A stretch of DNA of 64,000 nucleotides from Limnothrix sp. BL-A-16. GTDB taxonomy: Bacteria; Cyanobacteriota; Cyanobacteriia; CACIAM-69d. The notes below the pieces were generated by a model. It searched no databases, was not told where the DNA came from, and was given only the letters and a program-made list of their open reading frames with translations. How positions within the stretch are numbered: the stretch's first letter is position 1; the number at the start of each line of letters is the position of its first letter. Below are positions 55,370 through 64,000 of the stretch, piece after piece. The position numbers were made by a program, and so were the translations under genes. The stretch spans positions 1,792,001-1,856,000 of the forward strand of contig CP166615.1 in NCBI GenBank assembly GCA_041937175.2. Direction: 5' to 3'.

Positions 55370-56743
55370 ATGGATCTGTTTCGCGTTGAAGTGCTCTCCG
55401 CCATGCCCAATCCTCAGCAGTTGGTTTGGGCAGCCATGCATCAGGATTATTCGGAAAACTTTGTGGTTGATGAGCGCGATCAATTCCCCGACGAGGCCCG
55501 AGCGGGTGAATTAATTATCAAGCACCTTTTGCAGGGAAATCGAGGACATTTTGGGCCGATCGAGCATCCGCAAATTGTGTTTAATGTGGGCTTTTTTCCC
55601 CATTCAACCATGCAGCAACTGCGAACTCATCGAGTAGGAATTTCCTTCGATGTTCAGTGTCTAGCAGGCAGCACAGAAATCACCTTTGTCAACTGTGAAG
55701 GTGAAACTAGTCAAAAACACAAAAGAACGATCGCTGAGCTTCATGACCTCTGGACAAATGGCGAACAATCTATCCGAGAGCGACAAATTCGAGGTCGCCA
55801 TGGTGAACCACCAGGAACCTATCGACGAAGTTGTCGAAAACGCCTGCAAAAAATGCGATTGCGGGTGCTCAATGAAGAAACAGGCTTTTTTGAAACAGGT
55901 CATATTCAAGACGTGATGTGCAGTGGTCTGCAACCCGTTTATCGAGTGACACTCGAAAATGGAAAGACATTGGACTGCACCACGAACCATCGATTGTTCA
56001 CAGATCAGGGCTGGAAAACAATGGCAGAAGCTGTTGGGCTAGTCATGGATGAACAAGGTGAGGTTCTACGGATTGAGCGCGATCGCTTCATCATGTGCAA
56101 TGGTGTTTCTGTCTCTGCGGAAATACCCACTTACCAAAACCAAGCCTGGTTAACGCCTGGAATAACTCCCCAGCCACCCAGTCGAAAACTGCAAGCTCAT
56201 CCTGTGCGGGTGATTGCGGTGGAATATCTGGGAGTCCAGATGACCTATGACTTGGAGGTGAGTGGAGATTGGCACAATTTTGTGGCCAACGGATTGGTAG
56301 TTCACAATTCCTTCCGATATTCAGGAATGCGAATTTTGGATGTTTTGAGTGGTGCTCGATCACTTGAGGAAATCGTCTACCTGCGGCCGGTTGGTTACTA
56401 CGCTGATCGTCAGGGGAAAAAGTATTTTTATTCGCCTGAACAACGGCAAGCGGATTTGGATTGGTGCTTAGACGCTTGCAAGCGCTATAAGCAACGTATT
56501 GAAGAAGGCCTGTCTGAAGAGCACGCACGCGGGTTGATTCCCTTCGATGTGCGCCAGCATTTTGTGATGAGTTGCAATGCCCGATCGCTCATGCACATTC
56601 TCGACTTGCGGGCCAAAGCTGACGCACAGTTGGAAATTCAAAAGCTGTGCGATTTGTTGATGGTGCATTTCAAAAATTGGATGCCGGCCTTGGCCGATTG
56701 GTATGAAACCAACCGGTTGGGTAAGGCGCGGTTGTCGCCCTAG
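55370..56743 (+). CDS. thyX: Flavin-dependent thymidylate synthase ThyX containing an intein
   Basis: GHFGPIEH, QLRTHRVGISFDVQ|...|SFRY, EHAR..P, NARSLMH and AQLEI motifs. Confidence 0.93.
   Translation: MDLFRVEVLSAMPNPQQLVWAAMHQDYSENFVVDERDQFPDEARAGELIIKHLLQGNRGHFGPIEHPQIVFNVGFFPHSTMQQLRTHRVGISFDVQCLAGSTEITFVNCEGETSQKHKRTIAELHDLWTNGEQSIRERQIRGRHGEPPGTYRRSCRKRLQKMRLRVLNEETGFFETGHIQDVMCSGLQPVYRVTLENGKTLDCTTNHRLFTDQGWKTMAEAVGLVMDEQGEVLRIERDRFIMCNGVSVSAEIPTYQNQAWLTPGITPQPPSRKLQAHPVRVIAVEYLGVQMTYDLEVSGDWHNFVANGLVVHNSFRYSGMRILDVLSGARSLEEIVYLRPVGYYADRQGKKYFYSPEQRQADLDWCLDACKRYKQRIEEGLSEEHARGLIPFDVRQHFVMSCNARSLMHILDLRAKADAQLEIQKLCDLLMVHFKNWMPALADWYETNRLGKARLSP
55658..56308 (+). mobile_element. 217-aa intein without a recognisable homing endonuclease
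   Basis: Starts with CLAGSTEI; block B TTNHRLF; block F TYDLEV..HNFVANG; ends VVHN followed by Ser(+1). Confidence 0.92.
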
Positions 56744-57132
56744 CGTCGAATAATCACGGTCGTGCGATCGAACCCCGGGGGCAGCCCTGGCGGCACTGGA
56801 GAACTGGGATTATTCGGCGTGGCGCTGGGGGTGTTGCTGCGGGGGCGATTGGCTCCCTCGCTGACGGTGCTGGGCGTGCCGCTGCCGGTTGCACCGCGCC
56901 CACCCAGGGGATCCGCCATCCCATCCAGGGCATCAATCACAAAGGTTTCGGAAAAACCGGTGCGGGCCGGCCGCCGGGACTCTTCAAAAAAAGAGGGCTT
57001 GGGACTGCTGCCCGAAGAGCCACTGGGGGCCGCCGGTTGAGCGATCGCCCCCATCATTCCCAGACTCATGCCCAACAAGGCCCCGATCGCCCCGCTGCCC
57101 AAACGCCATCCCCAAACCATAGCCCGCCTCAT
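56740..57132 (-). CDS. Hypothetical exported Pro/Ser/Gly-rich protein
   Basis: ORF with a signal-like hydrophobic segment and a low-complexity body; overlaps the thyX stop. Confidence 0.5.
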   Translation of the reverse strand: MRRAMVWGWRLGSGAIGALLGMSLGMMGAIAQPAAPSGSSGSSPKPSFFEESRRPARTGFSETFVIDALDGMADPLGGRGATGSGTPSTVSEGANRPRSNTPSATPNNPSSPVPPGLPPGFDRTTVIIRR

Positions 57133-57413
57133 CGCGATCCCCTCATCACTAATCAAGCTCAACAACCCAGGCAAAGTTTCTCGGATTGTAGCCAAGTTAT
57201 TGCCTAAGCCTGAACCCAGATCACCAGCCAACCCGATCATCATCCAGATTGAATCCGGTGAACTGCCGCGCTAGGATGCCTAAGCGGTGTCCAAAAACGC
57301 CAGCAATTTCCCTGTTGGAATTGCTAGACGAGCAAGAGCCATCGATCGTTTCCGTCGTCGCCGCCCAAACAACGTAGAAAACCGCTCCACCCGATCGGCC
57401 CCCTTTGCAACCC

Positions 57414-58433
57414 ATGAGCCAAACCAGCAAAAAACGAGTTCTCTCCGGCGTACAACCCACCGGCAGCATCCACCTCGGTAACTATTTGGGCGCAATCCGT
57501 AATTGGGTCGTCGATCAACACCAGTACGACAACTTCTTCTGTGTGGTGGATTTGCACGCCATCACCGTGCCCCACAATCCGGCGGTGTTGGCCGCAGACA
57601 GCTTCAAGATTGCGGCCCTCTACCTGGCCTGTGGGATTGACCTCAGTTGCTCCACAATCTTCATCCAATCCCACGTGAGCGCCCACAGCGAATTGGCTTG
57701 GTTGCTGAATTGCGTCACGCCGCTGAATTGGCTGGAGCGGATGATTCAGTTTAAGGAAAAAGCCCTGAAACAAGGCGAAAACGTCAGCGTGGGTCTGCTG
57801 GACTATCCGGTGTTGATGGCGGCGGATATTTTGCTTTATGACGCGGATTTGGTGCCGGTGGGCGAAGACCAGAAGCAGCACTTGGAGTTAACCCGCGATG
57901 TGGCGATTCGGGTGAATCATCAATATGGCAGCGAGGAGCGGCCGATCTTGAAAGTGCCTGAACCCGCGATCCGCAAGGAAGGGGCCCGCGTGATGAGCCT
58001 GACGGACGGGACGAAGAAGATGTCGAAGTCGGATCCGACGGAGATGAGCCGGATTGAGCTACTGGACAGCCCCGACACGATCGCCAAGAAAATTAAGCGC
58101 TGCAAAACTGACCCCGAGCGCGGTTTGGAGTTTAATAACCCCGATCGCCCTGAGTGTCACAACCTGTTGGGTCTCTACCAAATTCTGTCGGGCAAATCCC
58201 GCGAAGAGGTGGCGGCGGAATGTGCCGACATGGGTTGGGGACAGTTCAAGCCCCTGCTGACGGAAACGACGATCGCGGCGCTGGAGCCAATTCAGCAAAA
58301 ATATAACGAGGTGATGGGCGATCGGGGCTATCTGGAATCTGTGTTGCGGGATGGTCGCGAAAAGGCGGCCGCCGTGGCCAATGCAACCTTGCTTCGGGTA
58401 AAGGATGCCTTGGGCTATTCACGACCGCTTTAG
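57414..58433 (+). CDS. trpS: Tryptophan--tRNA ligase
   Basis: SGVQPTG.IHLGNY, VPVGEDQKQHLE and KMSKS motifs. Confidence 0.97.
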   Translation: MSQTSKKRVLSGVQPTGSIHLGNYLGAIRNWVVDQHQYDNFFCVVDLHAITVPHNPAVLAADSFKIAALYLACGIDLSCSTIFIQSHVSAHSELAWLLNCVTPLNWLERMIQFKEKALKQGENVSVGLLDYPVLMAADILLYDADLVPVGEDQKQHLELTRDVAIRVNHQYGSEERPILKVPEPAIRKEGARVMSLTDGTKKMSKSDPTEMSRIELLDSPDTIAKKIKRCKTDPERGLEFNNPDRPECHNLLGLYQILSGKSREEVAAECADMGWGQFKPLLTETTIAALEPIQQKYNEVMGDRGYLESVLRDGREKAAAVANATLLRVKDALGYSRPL

Positions 58434-58510
58434 GGCCGATTCGAGGGTTAATCCACCGTTGACGTGCAATCGGCGCGGCCCCGGGATTTGAGACCATAAC
58501 CACCTGGACA

Positions 58511-59185
58511 ATGGAGACAACAACAGCGATGAAAGCCGTGGTGTTTGGTGCAACCGGTGAAACGGGCCGGCGAATTGTGCAAGCTTTGGTCGATCGCCAA
58601 GTGCCCGTGCGGGCCGTGGTACGCGATTTGGCGACCGCTCGCGCGATTTTGCCGGATTCGGTGGAAGTGGTGCAGGGCAATTTACTCGATCGCCGCTCGA
58701 TCGACTCCGCCTTAGCCAGTTGCACGGTGGTGTTGAGCGCGGCCGGAGCCAGGCCCAGCTTGGATCCAACGGGGCCCTTGCAGGTGGATTATCTGGGAAC
58801 CAAGAACTTAACCGATGCGGCCAAAGCGGCAGGCATTGAGCAGTTGGTGCTGGTCTCTTCCCTTTGTGTGTCCAAGCTGCTCCATCCGCTGAATTTGTTC
58901 TGGTTGATTCTGTTTTGGAAACAACAGGGTGAGCGCTACTTGCAAAACAGCGGTCTGACTTACACGATCGTGCGGCCCGGCGGCCTGAAAAACGAAGATC
59001 GGGACACCCCTGTGGTGATGAGCACCGCCGATACGCTCTTTGAAGGCTCAATTCCCCGATCGCAGGTGGCCAAGGTTTGTGTCGAAGCCTTGTGGGAACC
59101 GGCCGCCCGCAACAAAATTGTGGAAATCGTGGCGCGGGATGATGCCCCCGTGCAGCCTTGGTCAGCCCTTTTTGCCAGCGTTTAA
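58511..59185 (+). CDS. Atypical SDR / NAD(P)-binding protein (Ycf39/Tic62-like)
   Basis: GATGETG, VDYLGT, LVSSL and YTIVRPGGL motifs. Confidence 0.85.
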   Translation: METTTAMKAVVFGATGETGRRIVQALVDRQVPVRAVVRDLATARAILPDSVEVVQGNLLDRRSIDSALASCTVVLSAAGARPSLDPTGPLQVDYLGTKNLTDAAKAAGIEQLVLVSSLCVSKLLHPLNLFWLILFWKQQGERYLQNSGLTYTIVRPGGLKNEDRDTPVVMSTADTLFEGSIPRSQVAKVCVEALWEPAARNKIVEIVARDDAPVQPWSALFASV

Positions 59186-59199
59186 GCGCGGTTCGATCG

Positions 59200-59496
59200 A
59201 TGTTTCCTAACTCATCCAATCCTAATCCCTTGGGGGGTTCTGGGTCGTCGCTGCCCGGTTCGTTGCCCGGATCCCCCACCGGAGAACCCGGCGGCGATCG
59301 CTACGGTACTGGGCTGGTGGCTCCCCAAAGTGTGGATGCGCGCACCAAAAAATTGATGCAGCGCACCTTCTTGATCTTGCTTTTGGCGGGCTTGGCGATC
59401 GGGGCAGTCATCTCCGTTGGGGTGGTGATCGCCTTCCAAAAATTTGGTCTAGTTGGCGTACCCACCCCCAGTACCCCGATCGCGCCAGGGAATTAA
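59200..59496 (+). CDS. Small single-TM hypothetical protein
   Basis: ORF directly after the SDR gene with one hydrophobic helix (FLILLLAGLAIGAVISVGVV). Confidence 0.55.
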   Translation: MFPNSSNPNPLGGSGSSLPGSLPGSPTGEPGGDRYGTGLVAPQSVDARTKKLMQRTFLILLLAGLAIGAVISVGVVIAFQKFGLVGVPTPSTPIAPGN

Positions 59497-59521
59497 CCGC
59501 AAACTGGCACGCAACAAGTCG

Positions 59522-60052
59522 TTAGGATTGGCGCACCACCGCCCCTCGCACACATAACCCCAACAAGCTGCCACTCAACAGCAGCTTCAGGGTTTCCAGC
59601 CCAAAGTAGCCCCCATGCCAAAGGGTCATGGCCGCCGGAACCGAGGGCGCAGTGCTAGCCCAAGACAGGGAAGCCCCTAGCCCCGCCATGGTTGGTGCGA
59701 GCCAATAGGTTTGCGCCAACATAATGGCCATCAGCACCGCCGCGATCGCCACCACCCACCGCTCGCTGAGGCGGCTCACTTCGTGGCGATATCCCAACGC
59801 CAGCGCACCGGCCATCACCACCCCAGCGACCAACAGCCCCACATGGTTGAAGCCATTGAGCAATAACCAGCCCACGGGCGCAAAGTCGGGACGCTCCATC
59901 ATGCCGCCCATGTAGAGGGCCGGCATAGCTGCCAGGTCGATCGCCAAGGTGGCCCCAACCCACAACAAAAGGGCAATCTCAACGGTCATTTTCCAAGCCG
60001 ATTGCCCCAAACCGAGAGCGCGGCTGAGACTGGCTTTAAATTCAGAACTCAT
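59522..60052 (-). CDS. DUF4149-like membrane protein
   Basis: Four TM segments; MPALY..GMM, FN, LAPTM and WHGGY..LE.LK pattern. Confidence 0.65.
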   Translation of the reverse strand: MSSEFKASLSRALGLGQSAWKMTVEIALLLWVGATLAIDLAAMPALYMGGMMERPDFAPVGWLLLNGFNHVGLLVAGVVMAGALALGYRHEVSRLSERWVVAIAAVLMAIMLAQTYWLAPTMAGLGASLSWASTAPSVPAAMTLWHGGYFGLETLKLLLSGSLLGLCVRGAVVRQS

Positions 60053-60180
60053 GCGCGATCGCCTCCTAAATTCCAATTTCTAGCCTAGGAAACTTCCGCG
60101 ATCCGCGATCGCCTTTGTTGGGTTTATTCATGATTTGCACATGAACCGTAATACCGTTGATTAACCCTAACTGCCCTAAG

Positions 60181-60257
60181 CAAGGGGCTTAAGCCCCTTG
60201 TCCCCCACGATCCGCTAACGGCAGATCTAGGGTTTTGGGCTAAACGACAATCAGCCC
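60181..60257 (+). repeat. Right half of a family B element starting at the palindromic core
   Basis: CAAGGGGCTTAAGCCCCTTGTCCCCCACGATCCGCTAACGGCAGATCTAGGGTTT matches 43399-43453; the degenerate end overlaps the GT39 stop. Confidence 0.85.
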
Positions 60258-61936
60258 GGCCCGGCCGGACGATCGAGGACTTGAATAGCCCAGGTGTTAT
60301 TAAAGGGTTCGATCGCCTGGATTTGGTAGCGGGGATTGGTTTTGAGTTGATCGAGCCATTCTGTTTTGGGCCGATAGGCGATCGCCCGCTGGATGGTCTC
60401 GGGGAGGGGCAAATCGGGTTCCTCTAGATAAATCAGTTGAGCTTGGGACGGCAGGCGACGGGCTAAGGTGAGCAACCGCAGGGCATTGCCGCTGATCACC
60501 ACGGGGGGCTGAAGCTCGCTCACCCGCTGGGCGATCGCCGGATCGTCGTAACTGCTGTATTTGTTCCACCAGGTGGGAGCCATCACGCCTTGGCTGCTGG
60601 ACCACAGCCCCACCACCCACAACAGGGCGATCGCCCCCGCAACCCAAGGCCGCCGCCGCTGGTTAGCCCAAGCCTCGCTGAGACCAAAGGCCAGCAACCA
60701 AGTGAGGGCCAAGTAGGCCGGGAGGAAATAGCGGGCAATGGTCGATCGCTGGCCCCCATCCACCGCATCCAACAGGGCAAAGGGCAGGGCGATCGCGCCG
60801 GTCAACAGGGGAAACAGCCAAATGTCCGGCGGCGCAACCCGCAGCAACCGCCGAATGCTGAGCGCAACCAGCGCCAGCAACAACCCGATCGGGAGCCAAT
60901 GCCAGGACAGGGCGATCGGGTCGGTTTCTTGGGTGATGTCAAACAGGGGCCGATCAAAACAGGCTTGCCAATCCAGGGCGATCGCGCTGAAATTTAGGCC
61001 CCAACGCTGCACCAAGGTTCCCCAAGTCAGCTCCCGATCGATCCAACCCATGGGTTTTCGATAGGTCAGCCAACAAACTAGCCAAGGACTAAACAGCACC
61101 AACGCCCCCAGCAGGGAACCACCCCAGGCCAACAGGTTATGGCGCAAGGCATTCCAACCCCGGTGCGATTGCTCCAGCCACCCCCGCAGGGCCACGTAGG
61201 CTCCTTGGGCAGCAATTCCGAGGGCCAAGGGTAAATGGCCATAGAAATTGCAGGCCACCAAAACTCCGTAGGTCATCCAGGCCGATCGGGTGGGTTTGCC
61301 CAAGCGATCGAGCCGCAGAGCGCGCAACAGGGCCCAACTGGCCAACAAAAACAACACCACCGCCAAACTGTAGCCCCGAGCTTCGCGGGCATAGACCACT
61401 TGGATCGGGGAAACGGCCATTAACCCGATCGCCAAACCAATCACCGATCGCGCCCTGGGCCAATCGGCTAACCAAGCCCGCCCAAACAGACTCAAAGCCG
61501 GAAACACCAGCAAACTCACCAGGGCAGAAAAGGCCCGAATCGCCGTTACCGAGTCCCCCGCCAAATGAGTCCAGCCCCGCAGCAACAGGTAATAGAGCGG
61601 CACTTGGTCGGGGGTTTCGGTGGCCAAGCTGTGGAGCGTCGCGAGCCAAGGCCGATCGCCCGATCGCTGCAAGGGAGCCAAATCAGCGGGGAAAACGGGC
61701 CGCCCCTGGGGCTGGAAAAAGTCCTCCACTTGCTCCTTGGTGTAGCCAGCAATGCGCACGGAGGTGATGGTTTCGTCGTACCAATAAACAGCACGATCGA
61801 GGGCCGAAAATCGCAACAGCACCGCCACCACCAGGACAAACCCAATCACCCAACCCGCTCGGCCTGGCCCAGATCCGCCATGCCAAAAACCGCCTAAATT
61901 CCCAAGTCGGCTCGATCGCTTCGGGGGATTGTTCAT
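60251..61936 (-). CDS. Glycosyltransferase family 39 (PMT-like) membrane protein
   Basis: YWYDE, PLYYLLL..W, SP..V.YAREARGYSL and RYFLP motifs; multi-TM. Confidence 0.85.
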   Translation of the reverse strand: MNNPPKRSSRLGNLGGFWHGGSGPGRAGWVIGFVLVVAVLLRFSALDRAVYWYDETITSVRIAGYTKEQVEDFFQPQGRPVFPADLAPLQRSGDRPWLATLHSLATETPDQVPLYYLLLRGWTHLAGDSVTAIRAFSALVSLLVFPALSLFGRAWLADWPRARSVIGLAIGLMAVSPIQVVYAREARGYSLAVVLFLLASWALLRALRLDRLGKPTRSAWMTYGVLVACNFYGHLPLALGIAAQGAYVALRGWLEQSHRGWNALRHNLLAWGGSLLGALVLFSPWLVCWLTYRKPMGWIDRELTWGTLVQRWGLNFSAIALDWQACFDRPLFDITQETDPIALSWHWLPIGLLLALVALSIRRLLRVAPPDIWLFPLLTGAIALPFALLDAVDGGQRSTIARYFLPAYLALTWLLAFGLSEAWANQRRRPWVAGAIALLWVVGLWSSSQGVMAPTWWNKYSSYDDPAIAQRVSELQPPVVISGNALRLLTLARRLPSQAQLIYLEEPDLPLPETIQRAIAYRPKTEWLDQLKTNPRYQIQAIEPFNNTWAIQVLDRPAGPG

Positions 61937-63072
61937 GGTTTCACGTCCCGATCGTGGGCAATCTCAGCGGTGGCATTTGGCCAATGATCTGGCAAATGAT
62001 CTAAATCATCGGGAACATCATCCGCTGGCAATCTCAACGCATCCTCTGGGTCATCATCCATGAACCGATCCTCCTCAACGGCCGACCAATCGGCCGGGGG
62101 CCAATGGAGCGCCAAATAGGGTACATCCCAGGAATCTTGGCGCGATCGCCCAGCGGCAAAGTTGCGCCCCGTCTCCGCACCGGGGTAGGGCAAATGTCCC
62201 ACCGGGGCCGATAGGTCAAAAATGAGGGAATCGTAGGGAATCAGTTCCACTTCCCGATCGGGCGCAGTGCCCCGAAACCGTTGCCACCAAAGGGCCAGTC
62301 GTTGCCAATCGTCCTGAGCGGCCGCATCGGGATCAAATAGGGTCACCTGCCAGCCCACATAGTCCGCCAACTGCTGATAAACCTCTGGATCCCACTCTCC
62401 CGGCTGCCCGCCCAATTCCGTCCACAGGGCCGCTTGGATGCTCCAGCCAAATTGCCCGCGACTGTAGGTCACCCACAGCTCATCAATTTGTTGCAATTCC
62501 GCCGTGGGTAATTCTAAAAACGAGCACTGGGCGGCAAAGTAACGCACCAGCCGATCGGTTTCCCGATCGGCCGATCGCCAATCCCCCGCTTTCAGGGCTT
62601 CAAACAAATCCTGATACAAATCCTGGCGCGCAAACCCGCCCCTTGCTTCCGCACAAACCCGATGGGCTTCTCCTCGGCGGGCAATGTCTTCGTAAATGAG
62701 CAGGCCATCCCGTTCAACCTTGTGGATCCAGTCCTCACAGCCCGTTAGCTCCGGTGCAAAGGCATGACCACAAAATTTACAAGCCTGGTGATCTAGGGGC
62801 GCACCACAATTGGGGCAATGTTCCAAGGAGGCATCCAGGGCCAAGGCTCCACAACTGCCACAGGGGCGCGGGGCTAATTGCACCTGGGCCAAACAGTCTT
62901 CATGAAAAAAACGCTGCAACTGGGGTAAATAGACCACCGCTGAGGGAGCGATCGGCTGCTGACAAACCGCACAGGGCAATCCTAAATAGTCGATCGCCCC
63001 GCAATGGGGACAGGCCGCCGCCCCCAAGGGCACCGCTCCGCCACAGTCCAGGCAGGTGGATAACTCAGCCAT
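61933..63072 (-). CDS. GUN4-domain protein with N-terminal multi-zinc-finger region and acidic tail
   Basis: CxxC/HxxC pairs, then GUN4 motifs WRSADRET, IDELWVTYSRGQFGWSIQ..W, VGW and APVGHLP. Confidence 0.8.
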   Translation of the reverse strand: MAELSTCLDCGGAVPLGAAACPHCGAIDYLGLPCAVCQQPIAPSAVVYLPQLQRFFHEDCLAQVQLAPRPCGSCGALALDASLEHCPNCGAPLDHQACKFCGHAFAPELTGCEDWIHKVERDGLLIYEDIARRGEAHRVCAEARGGFARQDLYQDLFEALKAGDWRSADRETDRLVRYFAAQCSFLELPTAELQQIDELWVTYSRGQFGWSIQAALWTELGGQPGEWDPEVYQQLADYVGWQVTLFDPDAAAQDDWQRLALWWQRFRGTAPDREVELIPYDSLIFDLSAPVGHLPYPGAETGRNFAAGRSRQDSWDVPYLALHWPPADWSAVEEDRFMDDDPEDALRLPADDVPDDLDHLPDHWPNATAEIAHDRDVKP

Positions 63073-63474
63073 GCATTCTCCTGCGTTGCTCAACCCTGGG
63101 CGATCGCTCCAGTTATGCAAGATTTTGCAACCATCGGGGGCGATCGGCGTTTGTCTGTGGGCTATTTTGCCTGATTTTCTGGTTCTCATTTCCTAGCGCT
63201 CAGCGGTTGATGAACCCTTCAGGCCATTGCCTGAGCTGCTGAGATTAATCAACCGTTGGGATCACGGGTTGATGGCAGCCCTATTCAGGATCAATGCAGC
63301 ACCAACTCAGTACCAATTCAGTTCAGTACCAATCCAGTGCCGAAGGTTGAAGGGTTGCAGCCAAGATCACTCGCTTCGGCGGTCGGGGTTGCGGTGTAGT
63401 ATGTTCGTTGCGACATCCGGCCCGTTTCGGGGGTCGTTGGTTCAGCCGATCGGCGACGCGCAATCCTGAGGCCT

Positions 63475-64000
63475 ATGCAACGCCAAAAATTTACCCTTGG
63501 TTTCATTGTGGTACTGACAATTGCGGCGATCGCCGTGATTGTTAACCTGCCCGTGCAGTTGGGGCTTGACCTACGCGGTGGTTCCCAACTGACACTCCAG
63601 GTCATGACCACGCCGGAAATTCCCCAGGTCACGCCCGAAGACCTCTCGGCCGTCCGCAAAGTTATTGATAACCGGATTAATGAGTTGGGGGTTTCCGAAG
63701 CCCTGGTGCAAACGTCCGGCAGCGATAAGCTGGTGGTGCAACTGCCGGGGGTCAGCGACCCGGAACAGGCGGAGCGGGTTTTGGGCAACACAGCGCGGCT
63801 GGAGTTTCGGGAGCAAAAACCGGGAACCGAGGCCCAATACCAAGCGGAACGGCAAGTTTACGACGAGCTGAAGGCAAAACGGGCCGCGCTGATTCAGGCA
63901 GGAGACAAGGCCGCGATCGACGAAAATCAGCGGGCGATCGAACGCAGCCAGGAAGCCATTAGCCAACTGTTTGAAAAAGCAGTGCTCACGGGCCAAGACC
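63475..64000 (+). CDS. secD: Protein translocase subunit SecD (5' part, runs off the window)
   Basis: My translation from ATG 63475 gives MQRQKFTLGF..LGLDLRGGSQLTL..VIDNRINELGVSEA..LVVQLPGVSDPEQAERVLGNTARLEF. It is not in the ORF track because there is no stop in the window. Confidence 0.93.
   Translation, partial: MQRQKFTLGFIVVLTIAAIAVIVNLPVQLGLDLRGGSQLTLQVMTTPEIPQVTPEDLSAVRKVIDNRINELGVSEALVQTSGSDKLVVQLPGVSDPEQAERVLGNTARLEFREQKPGTEAQYQAERQVYDELKAKRAALIQAGDKAAIDENQRAIERSQEAISQLFEKAVLTGQD

Noticed and set aside
57230..57275. Possible family A terminus (CTGCCGCGCTAG) upstream of trpS
   Set aside because: Only about 11 bp match, with no core and no partner terminus.
58419..59279. 286-aa minus-strand ORF
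   Set aside because: Overlaps the SDR gene on the opposite strand and has a low-information Pro/Arg-rich translation.
63318..63996. Minus-strand ORFs at the window end
   Set aside because: Shadows of secD on the plus strand.

Overview
64 kb of a cyanobacterial chromosome. The HIP1 octamer GCGATCGC is very dense and GC is moderately high; an Oscillatoriales/Pseudanabaenales-like organism such as Limnothrix is a guess. Most genes are housekeeping or physiology genes: bicA-nhaS3, Anbu protease, two tandem SLH-anchored proteins, corA, a GDP-mannose pyrophosphorylase/phosphomannomutase-like fusion, Crp, bolA-grx4, HU, a U32/RlhA-like protein, futA, a Ser/Thr-AAA-GAF-His hybrid kinase, tsaC, clpB, a P-type ATPase, ndhD, ilvC, a Calx-beta/RTX protein, cobA-like-dcd-thyX (thyX carries a 217-aa mini-intein), trpS, GT39, a GUN4-domain protein and the start of secD. 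I found no rRNA, tRNA, CRISPR array or transposase. The most unusual signal is non-coding. A 22-bp palindrome, ACAAGGGGCTTAAGCCCCTTGT, occurs about 11 times. It is the shared core of at least three different ~130-147-bp miniature inverted-repeat shells. One shell has inserted into the central TA of another's core. An asymmetric core variant is flipped between two otherwise co-oriented copies. Half-elements break at the core, and two cores are translated in frame inside a protein. Other findings are tandem NrdR-like boxes before the dcd-thyX operon, an NtcA-type promoter before the hybrid kinase next to Fur-boxed futA, and terminators built on HIP1.
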